A stretch of DNA of 63,100 nt, filler included, from Pseudomonadota bacterium (lineage in GTDB: Bacteria > Desulfobacterota > Desulfobacteria > Desulfobacterales > JBDRRP01), in the NCBI GenBank assembly GCA_043825735.1. It is 5 parts of 5 records of this genome, joined end to end, with 100 filler letters (N's around TTAATTAATTAA, not from the genome) between each part and the next. Parts side by side here need not be neighbours in the genome. Positions count along the whole stretch, not along the records: positions 22,709 to 36,913 come from JBDRRP010000030.1; positions 37,014 to 51,058 come from JBDRRP010000031.1; 3 more parts are not named here. One strand, given 5' to 3'. This document shows, piece by piece, positions 30,342 through 39,556 of the stretch (positions are counted from its first letter, which is position 1; the number at the start of each line of letters is the position of its first letter). Both the position numbers and the translations under genes were made by a program. Under the pieces are notes generated by a model. The model ran no database searches, was not told where the DNA came from, and saw only the letters and a list, made by a program, of their open reading frames with translations.

Positions 30342-32266
30342 AGTGGAAGCTCCTCTCTGCGCGGGACCGTGTATCCCTTTTCTATCCAACCCACAAAATC
30401 GCGCAGGGGTTTCTCGCGAAAGCCACCATACTGCAGGGGTAGGCGATACTTCATGCATACGAGGCGGTTCAAGTACAAGACCATGTATCGCCCTCCCTTG
30501 ACCTTATAGTCGAGAGTTGCCTGGAAAACGTTTTGAGCAAGCGTGGTGCCCAGCATTTCGGCGAAACGACTGTATGCAGGATTCTTTTCAAGGAACTCCT
30601 TGTCAAGAAGACGATCTCGGTCAGCCATGGAAATAGCGATACCGGTGACTCCAGGTGAGTAAGGGGCATTGGGTCGGTAGGTCTCATGACGGCAGAATTG
30701 CCCCACGTTCTCGATGAACCGCAAGACATCTCTGCCATTGACCGCCCGCCGGGGGAGCTCCGAAAGACGGGATTCAAAAGCATCTATCAACAGTTTCTCT
30801 TGACGCTGTGGCGAGAGGACAGGGCTTCGTCGAAGCAACGCAGCCCCAAGCGACTCCTCAAATAGATCCCCGGCCAGTCGAAGGAATTGCTCAATATTGA
30901 ACGACCCTAGGTTTGCCACACAGGTCGTTCCAAAGTAGTAAGGGATGCTGAATTCGGTTGCAACAAACAGCCCCGCTGCTGCACGCACTGAAGAGTCCTC
31001 ACGCTCCTCGAGCATCTCCGAAGGGAGATCGAAATCGAAAGTCAACTGCGACTTTCGTCGATCGCGCTCTATGAGAATTTCAAGCGTACGCCATGCGACG
31101 AGCTTTTCACGCAGCGTCCCGTCAAACTCGGCGCGTGAGCGCACCCATTCCCGGTACTTCTTGTGCGTGCCTACAAGTCGATTAACTCGATCTTGAACAG
31201 TCTGTAGCGCCGAGAACAGAGTGGTTTCGAACTCCGCCGGATCAAGGCGGCTGTCGAGAGATGCGGCAAAGGACCCGGTCGTCCAGGCACCGGCAGCTAC
31301 ATCGGACGCCATTCGAGCTCGACGCTCGGCAATTCCAGTTGCCGCTGCCTCGAAACGACGCTTCCTCCAAGCATCCTCTATATTGATAATCTCGCCATAG
31401 TCACGCCCCTCAAGTGCACCATTGGCAAGGAGTTCCTCACGAGACAACGCCTCAAGCCGCTCAGCAATCCATGTACTGGTCGCGCTTCGCTGCTCAAGAA
31501 GAGTCTCTCTGAGTGTTTGGCGTTGCAAGGCTGTCAACTTGTGGACGTCATCAAGTAGAACGATCCACCGCTGGGCGGGATGCACACCATCGACTTTAAT
31601 CGAGCCAGCATCAAGCAAGCGGAGAGAATGCAGGCAATCATGGCCGGGCACAGCCAAATTTCCAGAGGGAACAAGACTGTCGATAGCATCGCACACAGCT
31701 CGCTCAAGATGCTCTGCCCAAGTTCGGGCATGTCCACCGTCACAAGGAAGATCTAAGCCAGGGATCGGTGGGTCGTCGGGTAGAGCGTCAATCGTGATCC
31801 GGGATAGATCCTCAGGATAACGCAAATGCTTGGCCACCAGAGCACTCCGGAGGGCGCCCATGACGACTCGAGCGTCTAGCAACGCCAAAAAAAGCCTATT
31901 TGCGCGAATATCTGGTAGTCCGAGGTCACTGAGCGCAGGGAAAGTCCGGCGTGAGGTCAACATAATTGCCAAGACTAGGATCCCAGCCTCGTTCACAACT
32001 TCCAATGAGCGGGCCTTTGCAAAGACCTCTCGGTAGGGATCTGAACTCCGAAGCGCCAGCAGGGCTTGCAGGACAGATGGAGTAAATAGTCTTAGCAACG
32101 ATGTTTTACCGCCCCCAGGAGCGCTACGAATGAACAATGGCTTTCCCTTCGTGGCTCCGTCAGGCAGCAAGTCAAGAACCGCAGGTCCGAACAGCCTGAG
32201 GAAGTCTGCATCCGTTTCGATGCTCTCTGCATGCTGCAGCCGGAAGGGATTGCGCATGTCTCTCAT
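30338..32266 (-). CDS. P-loop NTPase, STAND/ORC-CDC6-like (gene C)
   Basis: N-terminal NPF, Walker A FIRSAPGGGKTS, Walker B WIVLLDD, long helical C-terminus; ATGA overlap. Confidence 0.8.
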   Translation of the reverse strand: MRDMRNPFRLQHAESIETDADFLRLFGPAVLDLLPDGATKGKPLFIRSAPGGGKTSLLRLFTPSVLQALLALRSSDPYREVFAKARSLEVVNEAGILVLAIMLTSRRTFPALSDLGLPDIRANRLFLALLDARVVMGALRSALVAKHLRYPEDLSRITIDALPDDPPIPGLDLPCDGGHARTWAEHLERAVCDAIDSLVPSGNLAVPGHDCLHSLRLLDAGSIKVDGVHPAQRWIVLLDDVHKLTALQRQTLRETLLEQRSATSTWIAERLEALSREELLANGALEGRDYGEIINIEDAWRKRRFEAAATGIAERRARMASDVAAGAWTTGSFAASLDSRLDPAEFETTLFSALQTVQDRVNRLVGTHKKYREWVRSRAEFDGTLREKLVAWRTLEILIERDRRKSQLTFDFDLPSEMLEEREDSSVRAAAGLFVATEFSIPYYFGTTCVANLGSFNIEQFLRLAGDLFEESLGAALLRRSPVLSPQRQEKLLIDAFESRLSELPRRAVNGRDVLRFIENVGQFCRHETYRPNAPYSPGVTGIAISMADRDRLLDKEFLEKNPAYSRFAEMLGTTLAQNVFQATLDYKVKGGRYMVLYLNRLVCMKYRLPLQYGGFREKPLRDFVGWIEKGYTVPRREELPL

Positions 32267-33336
32267 GCGTCCCCCTTGTGACGACTGATCCGAGGGAAAA
32301 GGGCTCTGACTGATGAACGTTCCTCGGCCCAGAGTAAGAAGAGAGAGTTGTTCGGCGAGTTGTGGTGAAGGACCACAGGAAGGCCTCCACCAGCGAATCC
32401 AAACTTCAAGTCGGTTCGGCCCTTCCGGGTGTGCTCGTCCTCAAGCGACTCGTCATAGTACTTCTCAGCGAGCACAGCGAACTCATCGGAACGGGTTACG
32501 CAAAGATCATCATCAAGATGCTGAACGGCAGTGACCACGAACGATGAGGCAGCTTCTCCCAAACACGCAGCAGCGGAGTCCCGCATGCGCTGGAGTGCAG
32601 TATTGGTCGCAACATAGAGCGCGACTATGATGAGGGTATCCGGCAATCGGACGAGAATCTTCCAGGAGTCGTCATCGCGTATGCGCGCCAGGAACTTGGC
32701 AATCTTGCCGGTGTAAGCGCCGTTCTCTTGCCGGAAATAACTGGCGCCGCTGGCGGTGAAGTCATCGAGGAGAACAAGCGCACGAATGGCCGGTTGTCCA
32801 TTAATAGGTTTGAATCGCTCTGCGAGCTCTTCTAACTTTTGGCGGGGTAAATCGTAGCTCTGAAATATCTGTTCGTGGCTTAGGTCACGGTTAGACCTTC
32901 GGAACATATCGATGCGTGCTCCATCGCTAAGGCCTAAAAAGAGTGACGATGCCTGGAGGCTCTTGAACGCATCTGTCCCAACTATAGCACCAATTTGATA
33001 CCGGCGTTTGCCTGTGGCGGTAACAGCGTGATCTATCAGGAGCGGTCGGATGAAATCTGGAAACACAACGGCCGAGAAATGGGCCATTTCCTCATGAGAA
33101 AAGAAAACCAAACGGCTCTTGACGAAGTCATAGGCAATTTGTCGCTCTTTCGCTTCCTGAAACTGCGCGAGCCATAAGGCGAGGCTCTCCAGGAACCGCA
33201 TCCCAGGAGAGAATTGTTGATAGCCGTCGTACTTGAGATCCGCAAGCGCTTGAAGAATGGGTCGCTCGCGAGCGACATCATCAGGCTCCCAGCCCATTAC
33301 TTGAGCAAGAAGCCTTTCTGCAAGAAGGGCTCTCAT
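32263..33336 (-). CDS. Phosphoribosyltransferase-like protein of the conflict-effector type (gene B)
   Basis: PRPP-loop LVLLDDFTASG; C-terminal FGF..GLPVVLHHNSPNNSL.LLW; ATGA overlap. Confidence 0.75.
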   Translation of the reverse strand: MRALLAERLLAQVMGWEPDDVARERPILQALADLKYDGYQQFSPGMRFLESLALWLAQFQEAKERQIAYDFVKSRLVFFSHEEMAHFSAVVFPDFIRPLLIDHAVTATGKRRYQIGAIVGTDAFKSLQASSLFLGLSDGARIDMFRRSNRDLSHEQIFQSYDLPRQKLEELAERFKPINGQPAIRALVLLDDFTASGASYFRQENGAYTGKIAKFLARIRDDDSWKILVRLPDTLIIVALYVATNTALQRMRDSAAACLGEAASSFVVTAVQHLDDDLCVTRSDEFAVLAEKYYDESLEDEHTRKGRTDLKFGFAGGGLPVVLHHNSPNNSLFLLWAEERSSVRALFPRISRHKGDA

Positions 33337-35213
33337 TTGCGCGGCCCTAAGTTCTCAATTGCATCAAGATTGATGCGCACAGCACCCGAATGGGGCTGAA
33401 GCGCGGTCAAGTAACGAATGGTGGCAGAAGGCCCAAGACACCCTCGTGGGGCAAGATTCCAGCAAGAGCCCGGGGCCGAAGAAACTTCATCGACGCTTAG
33501 GGAGAAACGGTGTCTAAGCAACTCAAAGTCATTACCTGGCCATCCCCCTCGGTCGCCGATACAGAGTAAAACTCGAGGGGAAACAAGCTCCGTTAATCGT
33601 TGCACGACCGCTACTTTAGATGTCTCTGCCTCAATAATGTCGAAGGAATGCGCCGAGCATAGCACCCGAACACCCGGGCCCCCCGCTGCAAGAATCATGT
33701 CCATGAGATGTTGATGCAAGTCAACACGTGGTTCGTCACCATTCGGGGTAACCATTATCTGCGAGGGCCGAGCCTCAATGGTAGTAAGGGATGTGAGCAG
33801 CTTATCCTCGGTGAGTATCTTCTCCAATGAAGCTAAAACGGCTGAGGTTGGTCCGGTTTTGTTGGGCTTTGTGTCGTCTGCAAGGATGCCTACGTCGGCA
33901 CCGTTATAGTACCCGACATAGACATTCTTCCATACCTTTGGGGGAAGTGCACCTTGTAGTGCTTGACGCACCGACCTCCCCCGGCCGGTGGCAATACCTA
34001 TGGCGACGCCGAGATTAAGAACATGCAACAAAACGTCAGCGGTGGCAGACGGAATCGGGCCAAAGCGTTCAGACTGATGGACGAGAGTGCCATCATAATC
34101 GAGAACGACTGCACCGATATCGGCCGACGCGAGTTCTTTTCGAAAGGACTCATACTCATTTGAGTAGATAGTGCGAACTGCGTTGGATGTGGAATTCAAC
34201 CGTCGTAGCTTCCGATCAACAGCCGGCGAAACAGTGATCTTGCTTTTTGATGTACGGGAGGGCGCAAGGTGAAACAATCTCCTCCCGAAATCAGGAACGT
34301 TTGGCTTACCAGGATCTCTGCCAAGATACTCGGCAATATCGAGTGTCAAGTGGAGAGCTTGGACGAGGAGATCAATGGTGGCTGAGGGACCCTTTTGATT
34401 TGTACTGAGCTGGACCACTGGTACGTCCTTGGGGAGGAGCCGAAGGGTCTTCATGGCTAGCGCTCGGGTATCGGGTGTGATCAGCGCGAGAACGAACGTA
34501 GATGAATGGCGCTGCGAGAGCCATAGATGCCTCCCGTGTCCAAAGTTGCGGTAGTCTGAGATCTGAACATGGAGAAGTGCCGACTCGTGCAATCTTGACT
34601 CAAGGTCAGTCGCTATTGGCGACGACCAACCACCATGAAGAACGATGACAGAATCACGCCCTTTCCACGAATCGTCAATGATCTGGCACTGGAATTCTGC
34701 GACTGGATCGAAGCGACCATAGGCACGGGCGATAATGACCATCGTTGCCAGCAGCGAGTTCGTGGCAAGGTATCCATCCTTCCCCGACGGAATTGGGTCG
34801 TCAAACACGTATCCCCGGGAACATGCACGAACATCAGAAGCAAGCGGGCTCCCCTTTCGGGTACAGATCGCACCTAAGGTAGGCACTTCGGCAGCGACTG
34901 CAGCTCGAGCAGCTGCAAGAACGTCAGTGTTCTTGCCTGAGGCAGACAGGAACAGGATGCTGCGAGCATGGAGTGCTGCTTCGTCGAGCAACAATTCAAG
35001 CGGTGTCGCGTGCCTGCTCATGCCACGCGCGACGCGTCGATGAATAAGGGCAGCAAAGTGAGCTGCTGCTGATGAGCCTCCTGAACCAACCGCGACGAGA
35101 GAAGCACCGCAGGTTTCATTGACGAAACGCTGCATCACGCCGATTGGCAAGGATGACGCCCACGTAAGCGTACCCGAGAGTGTCTTGATCTCGGAGGCGT
35201 AGCTCTTACCCAC
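33333..35213 (-). CDS. Tandem SIS (sugar isomerase) plus HAD-IIB phosphatase fusion (gene A)
   Basis: VGSGGS, LSASGKN.DV, DGYLATNS, DYRNFGHGRH (SIS); VLDYDGTL, ATGRG, IGD.G..GND (HAD); GGAGG RBS. Confidence 0.85.
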   Translation of the reverse strand: MGKSYASEIKTLSGTLTWASSLPIGVMQRFVNETCGASLVAVGSGGSSAAAHFAALIHRRVARGMSRHATPLELLLDEAALHARSILFLSASGKNTDVLAAARAAVAAEVPTLGAICTRKGSPLASDVRACSRGYVFDDPIPSGKDGYLATNSLLATMVIIARAYGRFDPVAEFQCQIIDDSWKGRDSVIVLHGGWSSPIATDLESRLHESALLHVQISDYRNFGHGRHLWLSQRHSSTFVLALITPDTRALAMKTLRLLPKDVPVVQLSTNQKGPSATIDLLVQALHLTLDIAEYLGRDPGKPNVPDFGRRLFHLAPSRTSKSKITVSPAVDRKLRRLNSTSNAVRTIYSNEYESFRKELASADIGAVVLDYDGTLVHQSERFGPIPSATADVLLHVLNLGVAIGIATGRGRSVRQALQGALPPKVWKNVYVGYYNGADVGILADDTKPNKTGPTSAVLASLEKILTEDKLLTSLTTIEARPSQIMVTPNGDEPRVDLHQHLMDMILAAGGPGVRVLCSAHSFDIIEAETSKVAVVQRLTELVSPRVLLCIGDRGGWPGNDFELLRHRFSLSVDEVSSAPGSCWNLAPRGCLGPSATIRYLTALQPHSGAVRINLDAIENLGPRK

Positions 35214-35255
35214 TTGTTCCTCCGATGTTTTTTCCTGATTGAGCCCTCCTCATGC

Positions 35256-35492
35256 TTATCTGTCTCCGTCCTCTCGGTGGGGCGATTCGGCCGCTTGCTC
35301 ACCAGTGCCTCTCGCATCGTCGCCACTGCCGAACGCAACCTACTCATCGGCAGCCAAATTCTTGACCTTCGAGAAGCTGCCGATCCGTCGGCCCGGCATC
35401 CCTCACGGGGAGAGCCAGTTGAAAACGGTATCGCAGTCTACACCGAGGTAGCTCGCTATTTCATCGACAGAAAGCCAACAATTTTCCAGCAC
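35256..35492 (-). pseudogene. Decayed paralog of the excisionase-type HTH gene at 24127-24345
   Basis: Manual translation from GTG 35492 (GAGGA RBS): MLENCWLSVDEIASYLGVDCDTVFNWLSP*GMPGRRIGSFSKVKNLAADE*VAFG; in-frame stops at 35403-35405 and 35340-35342. Confidence 0.8.
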
Positions 35493-36183
35493 GTATCCTC
35501 TCGAAAAGCGGCAGCGCTAAATCTGGGTTTTATATCCCGAGCCCGGCTTTATGGTCAAGCAGAACTGTTCGAACAACATCTAACTGGAGCGAACAGTGTC
35601 GAATATATAGGAACGATAGGCAAGAAGCTGTATTTGCAGCACATCAAGCTCATATGTCCCAGGTTGTCGCCTGCACCGGTTCACATGAATGAACCAATGC
35701 ACCGCGATGAGAACATCCTACAGGCGATGCGAAACGTCGGGGCCGAAGCCGAATTGAGCAAATCGGCTCATAGACTTACAGTCAGCTCCTTAGGCGCCTG
35801 GAAGACCAAATCGTTTCACTAATTTGTTCGGGTCAGATTGCGTATTTCCAGCGTCAGGTAGCCTCGGGCGAAAATCTTTTTTTTATTGCCAGTAGCCCCC
35901 CGTGTGGCTGGCATATTGAAGTCGCGGACTATTTGCCATAAATAACTATCCAATAAATTTCAATGGGTTGCATCATTAAGATGCCAGTGCACGCCCCCAT
36001 TTTGTAGTTTCCACCCAATCCCGATCTCTGCCAACAATCCAGTTTTGCCGCCACACAGCCCCCGGCCTTACTCCAAATATTTCCAGTTCCAGCCATCCAC
36101 AACCACTAAACAGGCGATCTGCCCCGGCGCAGGTCGCCTTTTCGTGTCCTAAAAATCCAACCATAGAAAGGAGCCCCTATGTC

Positions 36184-36913
36184 ATGCACAATCTAAACGA
36201 CCATCAAAAAGCCGCCGCCGCCTTCATGTTCGGCACCGCCAGCGTGGTAGCCATCGCAGGATCTGGGAAAACTGCCACCATGGCTGCACGGATAGGTAAT
36301 TTGGTCCGCAGCGGTATCCCGCCGGAAAAGATCCTGGGCCTGACCTTTACCAGGAACGCCGCAGGGGCCATGAGAAACAAGCTCAGGCCTGTCCTACTGG
36401 ATCAATCCTCCAAGGTGACCCTTTCCACTATCCATTCCTTTTGCCACCGGCTGTTGAAGGAGGAAGGCCGGACCTTTGAAATGCTTCATGGAAAGCGTCA
36501 GGTCTATCTCATGCGCAAGGTGATCAAGAGGCTTGACGTGGGTGAGTTTTCCGCCGGCTTCGCCCTTCGTGAGATCGGTCTTGCCAAGAGTCGCCTGATG
36601 GACTGGGAGCGCTTCCGGTCATTTCACGAAAATGATGAAGTGATGCAGGCCGTCGCCGAGATTTACCAGGTCTATGAAGAGGAGAAACGCAAATGCCTTT
36701 GTTTGGATTTCTCAGACCTGCTGATGGAAGCCCACAGATTGCTCAAATCGCACAAGGACCGATGCAACAGCTACCGGCAGACCTTTCCGCATATTCTGGT
36801 GGACGAATACCAGGACACCAATCCCGCTCAGGTGGAGGTTCTGAACCTTCTGGCCGGAAGGAATGATCACTCATCACTGTGGGTATGTGGCGATGATTGG
36901 CAGAGCATCTTCG
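36184..36913 (+). CDS. UvrD/PcrA-family helicase (5' part; cut by contig end)
   Basis: LNDHQ, AIAGSGKT, LTFTRNAA, STIHSF, LDFSDLL, ILVDEYQDTN, VCGDDWQSIF. Confidence 0.92.
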
Positions 36914-37013
36914 NNNNNNNNNNNNNNNNNNNNNNNNNNNNNNNNNNNNNNNNNNNNTTAATTAATTAANNNNNNNNNNNNNNNNNNNNNNNNNNNNNNN
37001 NNNNNNNNNNNNN
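36914..37013. other. Artificial contig spacer
   Basis: N-run, TTAATTAATTAA, N-run. Confidence 0.98.
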
Positions 37014-37692
37014 CGAGGAGACGAGCAAGATCATCAAGACCATCGATGAGATCGCCTTTCAGACCAATTTGCTGGCCTTGAACGCAGCGGTCGAGGCGGC
37101 CCGGGCCGGCGAGGCCGGTGCAGGTTTTGCCGTTGTGGCCGACGAGGTGAGAAACCTGGCCATGCGGGCGGCCGAAGCGGCCAAGAACACGGCCGCGCTC
37201 ATCGAGGGGACGGTGAAAAAGGTCAAGGACGGCTCCCAGTTGGTGGCCACCACCAGCGAGGTCTTTGCCAGCGTATCGGACGCTTCGGCAAAGGTCGGGG
37301 AACTGGTCTCGGAGATTGCCGCAGCCTCTTCCGAACAGGCCCGGGGCATCGACCAGATCAACATCGCCGTGACCGAAATGGACAAGGTGACCCAAAGCAA
37401 CGCGGCTGGCGCCGAGGAATCGGCCAGCGCAGCAGAGGAAATGAACGCCCAGGCCGAGCAGATGAAGGCCTTCGTGGCAGACCTGGTGGAAATCGTGGGG
37501 CGCTCATCGAAGGGGGCGGCCTCTCAGCGCACGGCGCGAAGCGTCGCTGCCGTTCCGCGCTCTTCCCGTCAGAAAAAAGCCGGTCTCCCGGCGCCGGCCA
37601 GCAGATCGAAGTCACTGGGCACCAGCGCCCGCGGCGGCAAGCCGGTCCAGGTGATACCCTTTGACGAGGACGAAGACTTCGGCGATTTTTAA
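37014..37692 (+). CDS. Methyl-accepting chemotaxis protein (3' part)
   Basis: [40 protein letters not shown]; ends in DFGDF pentapeptide. Confidence 0.95.
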
Positions 37693-37728
37693 ATTCGACG
37701 GCAACGATGCCGCCATGCTGCACAGACG

Positions 37729-37760
37729 CGCTCCCGGAACATTCGTTCCGGGAGCGTTTC
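37729..37760. terminator. Intrinsic terminator hairpin between convergent genes
   Basis: Perfect 12-bp stem CGCTCCCGGAAC-ATTC-GTTCCGGGAGCG followed by TTTC. Confidence 0.7.
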
Positions 37761-37809
37761 TATGCGCGCTGCCGGAGCGCCCATTCGGCAGGGGGGCAGG
37801 GCATCATCG

Positions 37810-38520
37810 TTATGGCCGGTGGCCGTTCAGAAACTGCCGGTAGATGCGATAGTGATCGGTCTCCTTGTAGGCAACCCGCCGGATCGGGGTGTGATCGAAG
37901 CTGTAGATCCGGGCATCGGGACAGGCCAGCAGGATGGGAGAGTGGGTGGCCATAATGAACTGGGCGTTGCCGGCCCCGCCCAGCCGTTTAAGAAGATCCA
38001 GAAGTTCCAACTGGGTCTTCGGAGAGAGCGCGGTCTCCGGCTCGTCCATAAGATAGAGCCCCGGTACGGTGTAGCGGGCCCTGAAAAAACTCATGATGGA
38101 TTGCCCGTGGGACTGGCTCAGCAGAGAGCGGCCCCCGAAGTAGTCGAGTTGCCCGGGATCGGCCACGGCCCAGCGCTCCAGCACCCGCCTGAAGTCGGAA
38201 AACGCTGACGATCCGAAGAAGGCCCCGGGTGTCGGCCCCTTTGTCCACGCCACCGACACGGTTTCATAAAACCGCTCTTCATAGGGGTTGGCATCGACGC
38301 GGGCATTTTCCCGGCTGCGCCAGATGTGGATGCCGCATCGGCGGGCCAAGGCTTCGAGCAGGGTCGATTTGCCGGTGCCGTTCTCGCCGACGAATATCGT
38401 TACGGGGCTGTCAAGCACCAGTTCGGTTTCCCGCGCGAAAACACCGACATTGAACGGGAACCGGTCTTTGACGGGATACCGCTCCGGATGAAGTCTGATG
38501 GACTCAAGATGCAGGGGCAT
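37810..38520 (-). CDS. Predicted ABC-type (AAA family) ATPase
   Basis: VGENGTGKSTL, QSHGQS, YLMDEPETALSP, MATHSPIL. Confidence 0.88.
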   Translation of the reverse strand: MPLHLESIRLHPERYPVKDRFPFNVGVFARETELVLDSPVTIFVGENGTGKSTLLEALARRCGIHIWRSRENARVDANPYEERFYETVSVAWTKGPTPGAFFGSSAFSDFRRVLERWAVADPGQLDYFGGRSLLSQSHGQSIMSFFRARYTVPGLYLMDEPETALSPKTQLELLDLLKRLGGAGNAQFIMATHSPILLACPDARIYSFDHTPIRRVAYKETDHYRIYRQFLNGHRP

Positions 38521-38649
38521 ATGACCAGCTTCCGGGTGCTGCGATTTGCCGACGGGCAATTGACGCCGTCATTGAACAGTGCTTAGCGCCTTTGTGAGAA
38601 ATTGCTTTTTTTATGAGATAGCCGAAAGCATACCCGACAGAGACGGCGC

Positions 38650-39384
38650 TCACCGGCGATGCATCAGGTATCGGATTTCTCCCTCTTTGGTCAGGGGGAT
38701 CACGTGGGCGGCGTAATAGTCACGGATCACTGCGGCGTCGATGGCGTGGCGGATCGTTGCCTTTGACGAGGCCTGCATGGAAATGGTTTTATCGGCCACG
38801 CGCTGCAGAATCTGGCGTTCCACTTCGGGCCGGGTCAACAGCGTTAGCAGCGTCGCCCTGTCGCCGTTATCGATGGCCCTCTGATAGGCGTCCGGATTGG
38901 TGCGGTATTTGCTCTCAGCCACGTACATGGCGCCGTAGTGGATCCGGCGGGAGATGGCCTGAATGGCATACACGTCATTTTCCACACTGGAGCCGTACTG
39001 GGAATCATCGCCGGTCCTGCAGATCTTCGGCAGCAGCCTCAGGTAACTGTTGATGATGCCGTCGGTGACATTGACCAGGTTGTAATCGGGCACATGAAGG
39101 CAGTTTTCAGGAAGCGTGACCTCTCGGCGGACCTCGGGAAGATCGCGGTTGAATGGGCGCTCTTCCGGCACGTGGAATCTGCCGAAGCGGGCATCCATCT
39201 CTTCCTGGTATTTCAACCGGAGCGCAAAGAGGCTCAAAACGGGCTCGCCCCGGAAGCCGCTTTTGCCGGGAATGTAGACCGTTTCGTTTCGGCGATACTG
39301 GGCCCGGTCGATGAGGCGCACGATAATGGTCTCTTCGAGACTTTCCAGGTCGGAGGCGATTTGGATCAGGTCAGGGGCACTCAT
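38650..39384 (-). CDS. Chorismate mutase of the eukaryotic (yeast Aro7/plant) AroQ type
   Basis: LEETII.RLIDRAQY..N..VY, GRF..PEERPF, GDD..YGSS..D..A.QAISRRIHYG..VAESKY, VIPLTKE.EI.YL; 244 aa. Confidence 0.85.
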   Translation of the reverse strand: MSAPDLIQIASDLESLEETIIVRLIDRAQYRRNETVYIPGKSGFRGEPVLSLFALRLKYQEEMDARFGRFHVPEERPFNRDLPEVRREVTLPENCLHVPDYNLVNVTDGIINSYLRLLPKICRTGDDSQYGSSVENDVYAIQAISRRIHYGAMYVAESKYRTNPDAYQRAIDNGDRATLLTLLTRPEVERQILQRVADKTISMQASSKATIRHAIDAAVIRDYYAAHVIPLTKEGEIRYLMHRR

Positions 39385-39556
39385 GCGGTCTCCGTCGATA
39401 AAAGGGTGACCTGCCTTTTACCGCTAAGGGCGCCGGCAGGCAAGCGGAAACCTTGTGGATTCAGGAATTGAGGGATTCAGGGATTTGTCCGCCGGTGCCG
39501 TGCGGCGGACGCTAATGACGACGCGTTGCCGGTGTTACCGATCTGCACCTGCCGTT

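Noticed and set aside
35214..35822. 202-aa plus-strand ORF
   Set aside because: No RBS or motifs, and it is antisense to the recognisable HTH pseudogene.
39457..39486. Short GGATTCAGG repeats
   Set aside because: Too short and low in complexity to assign a function.
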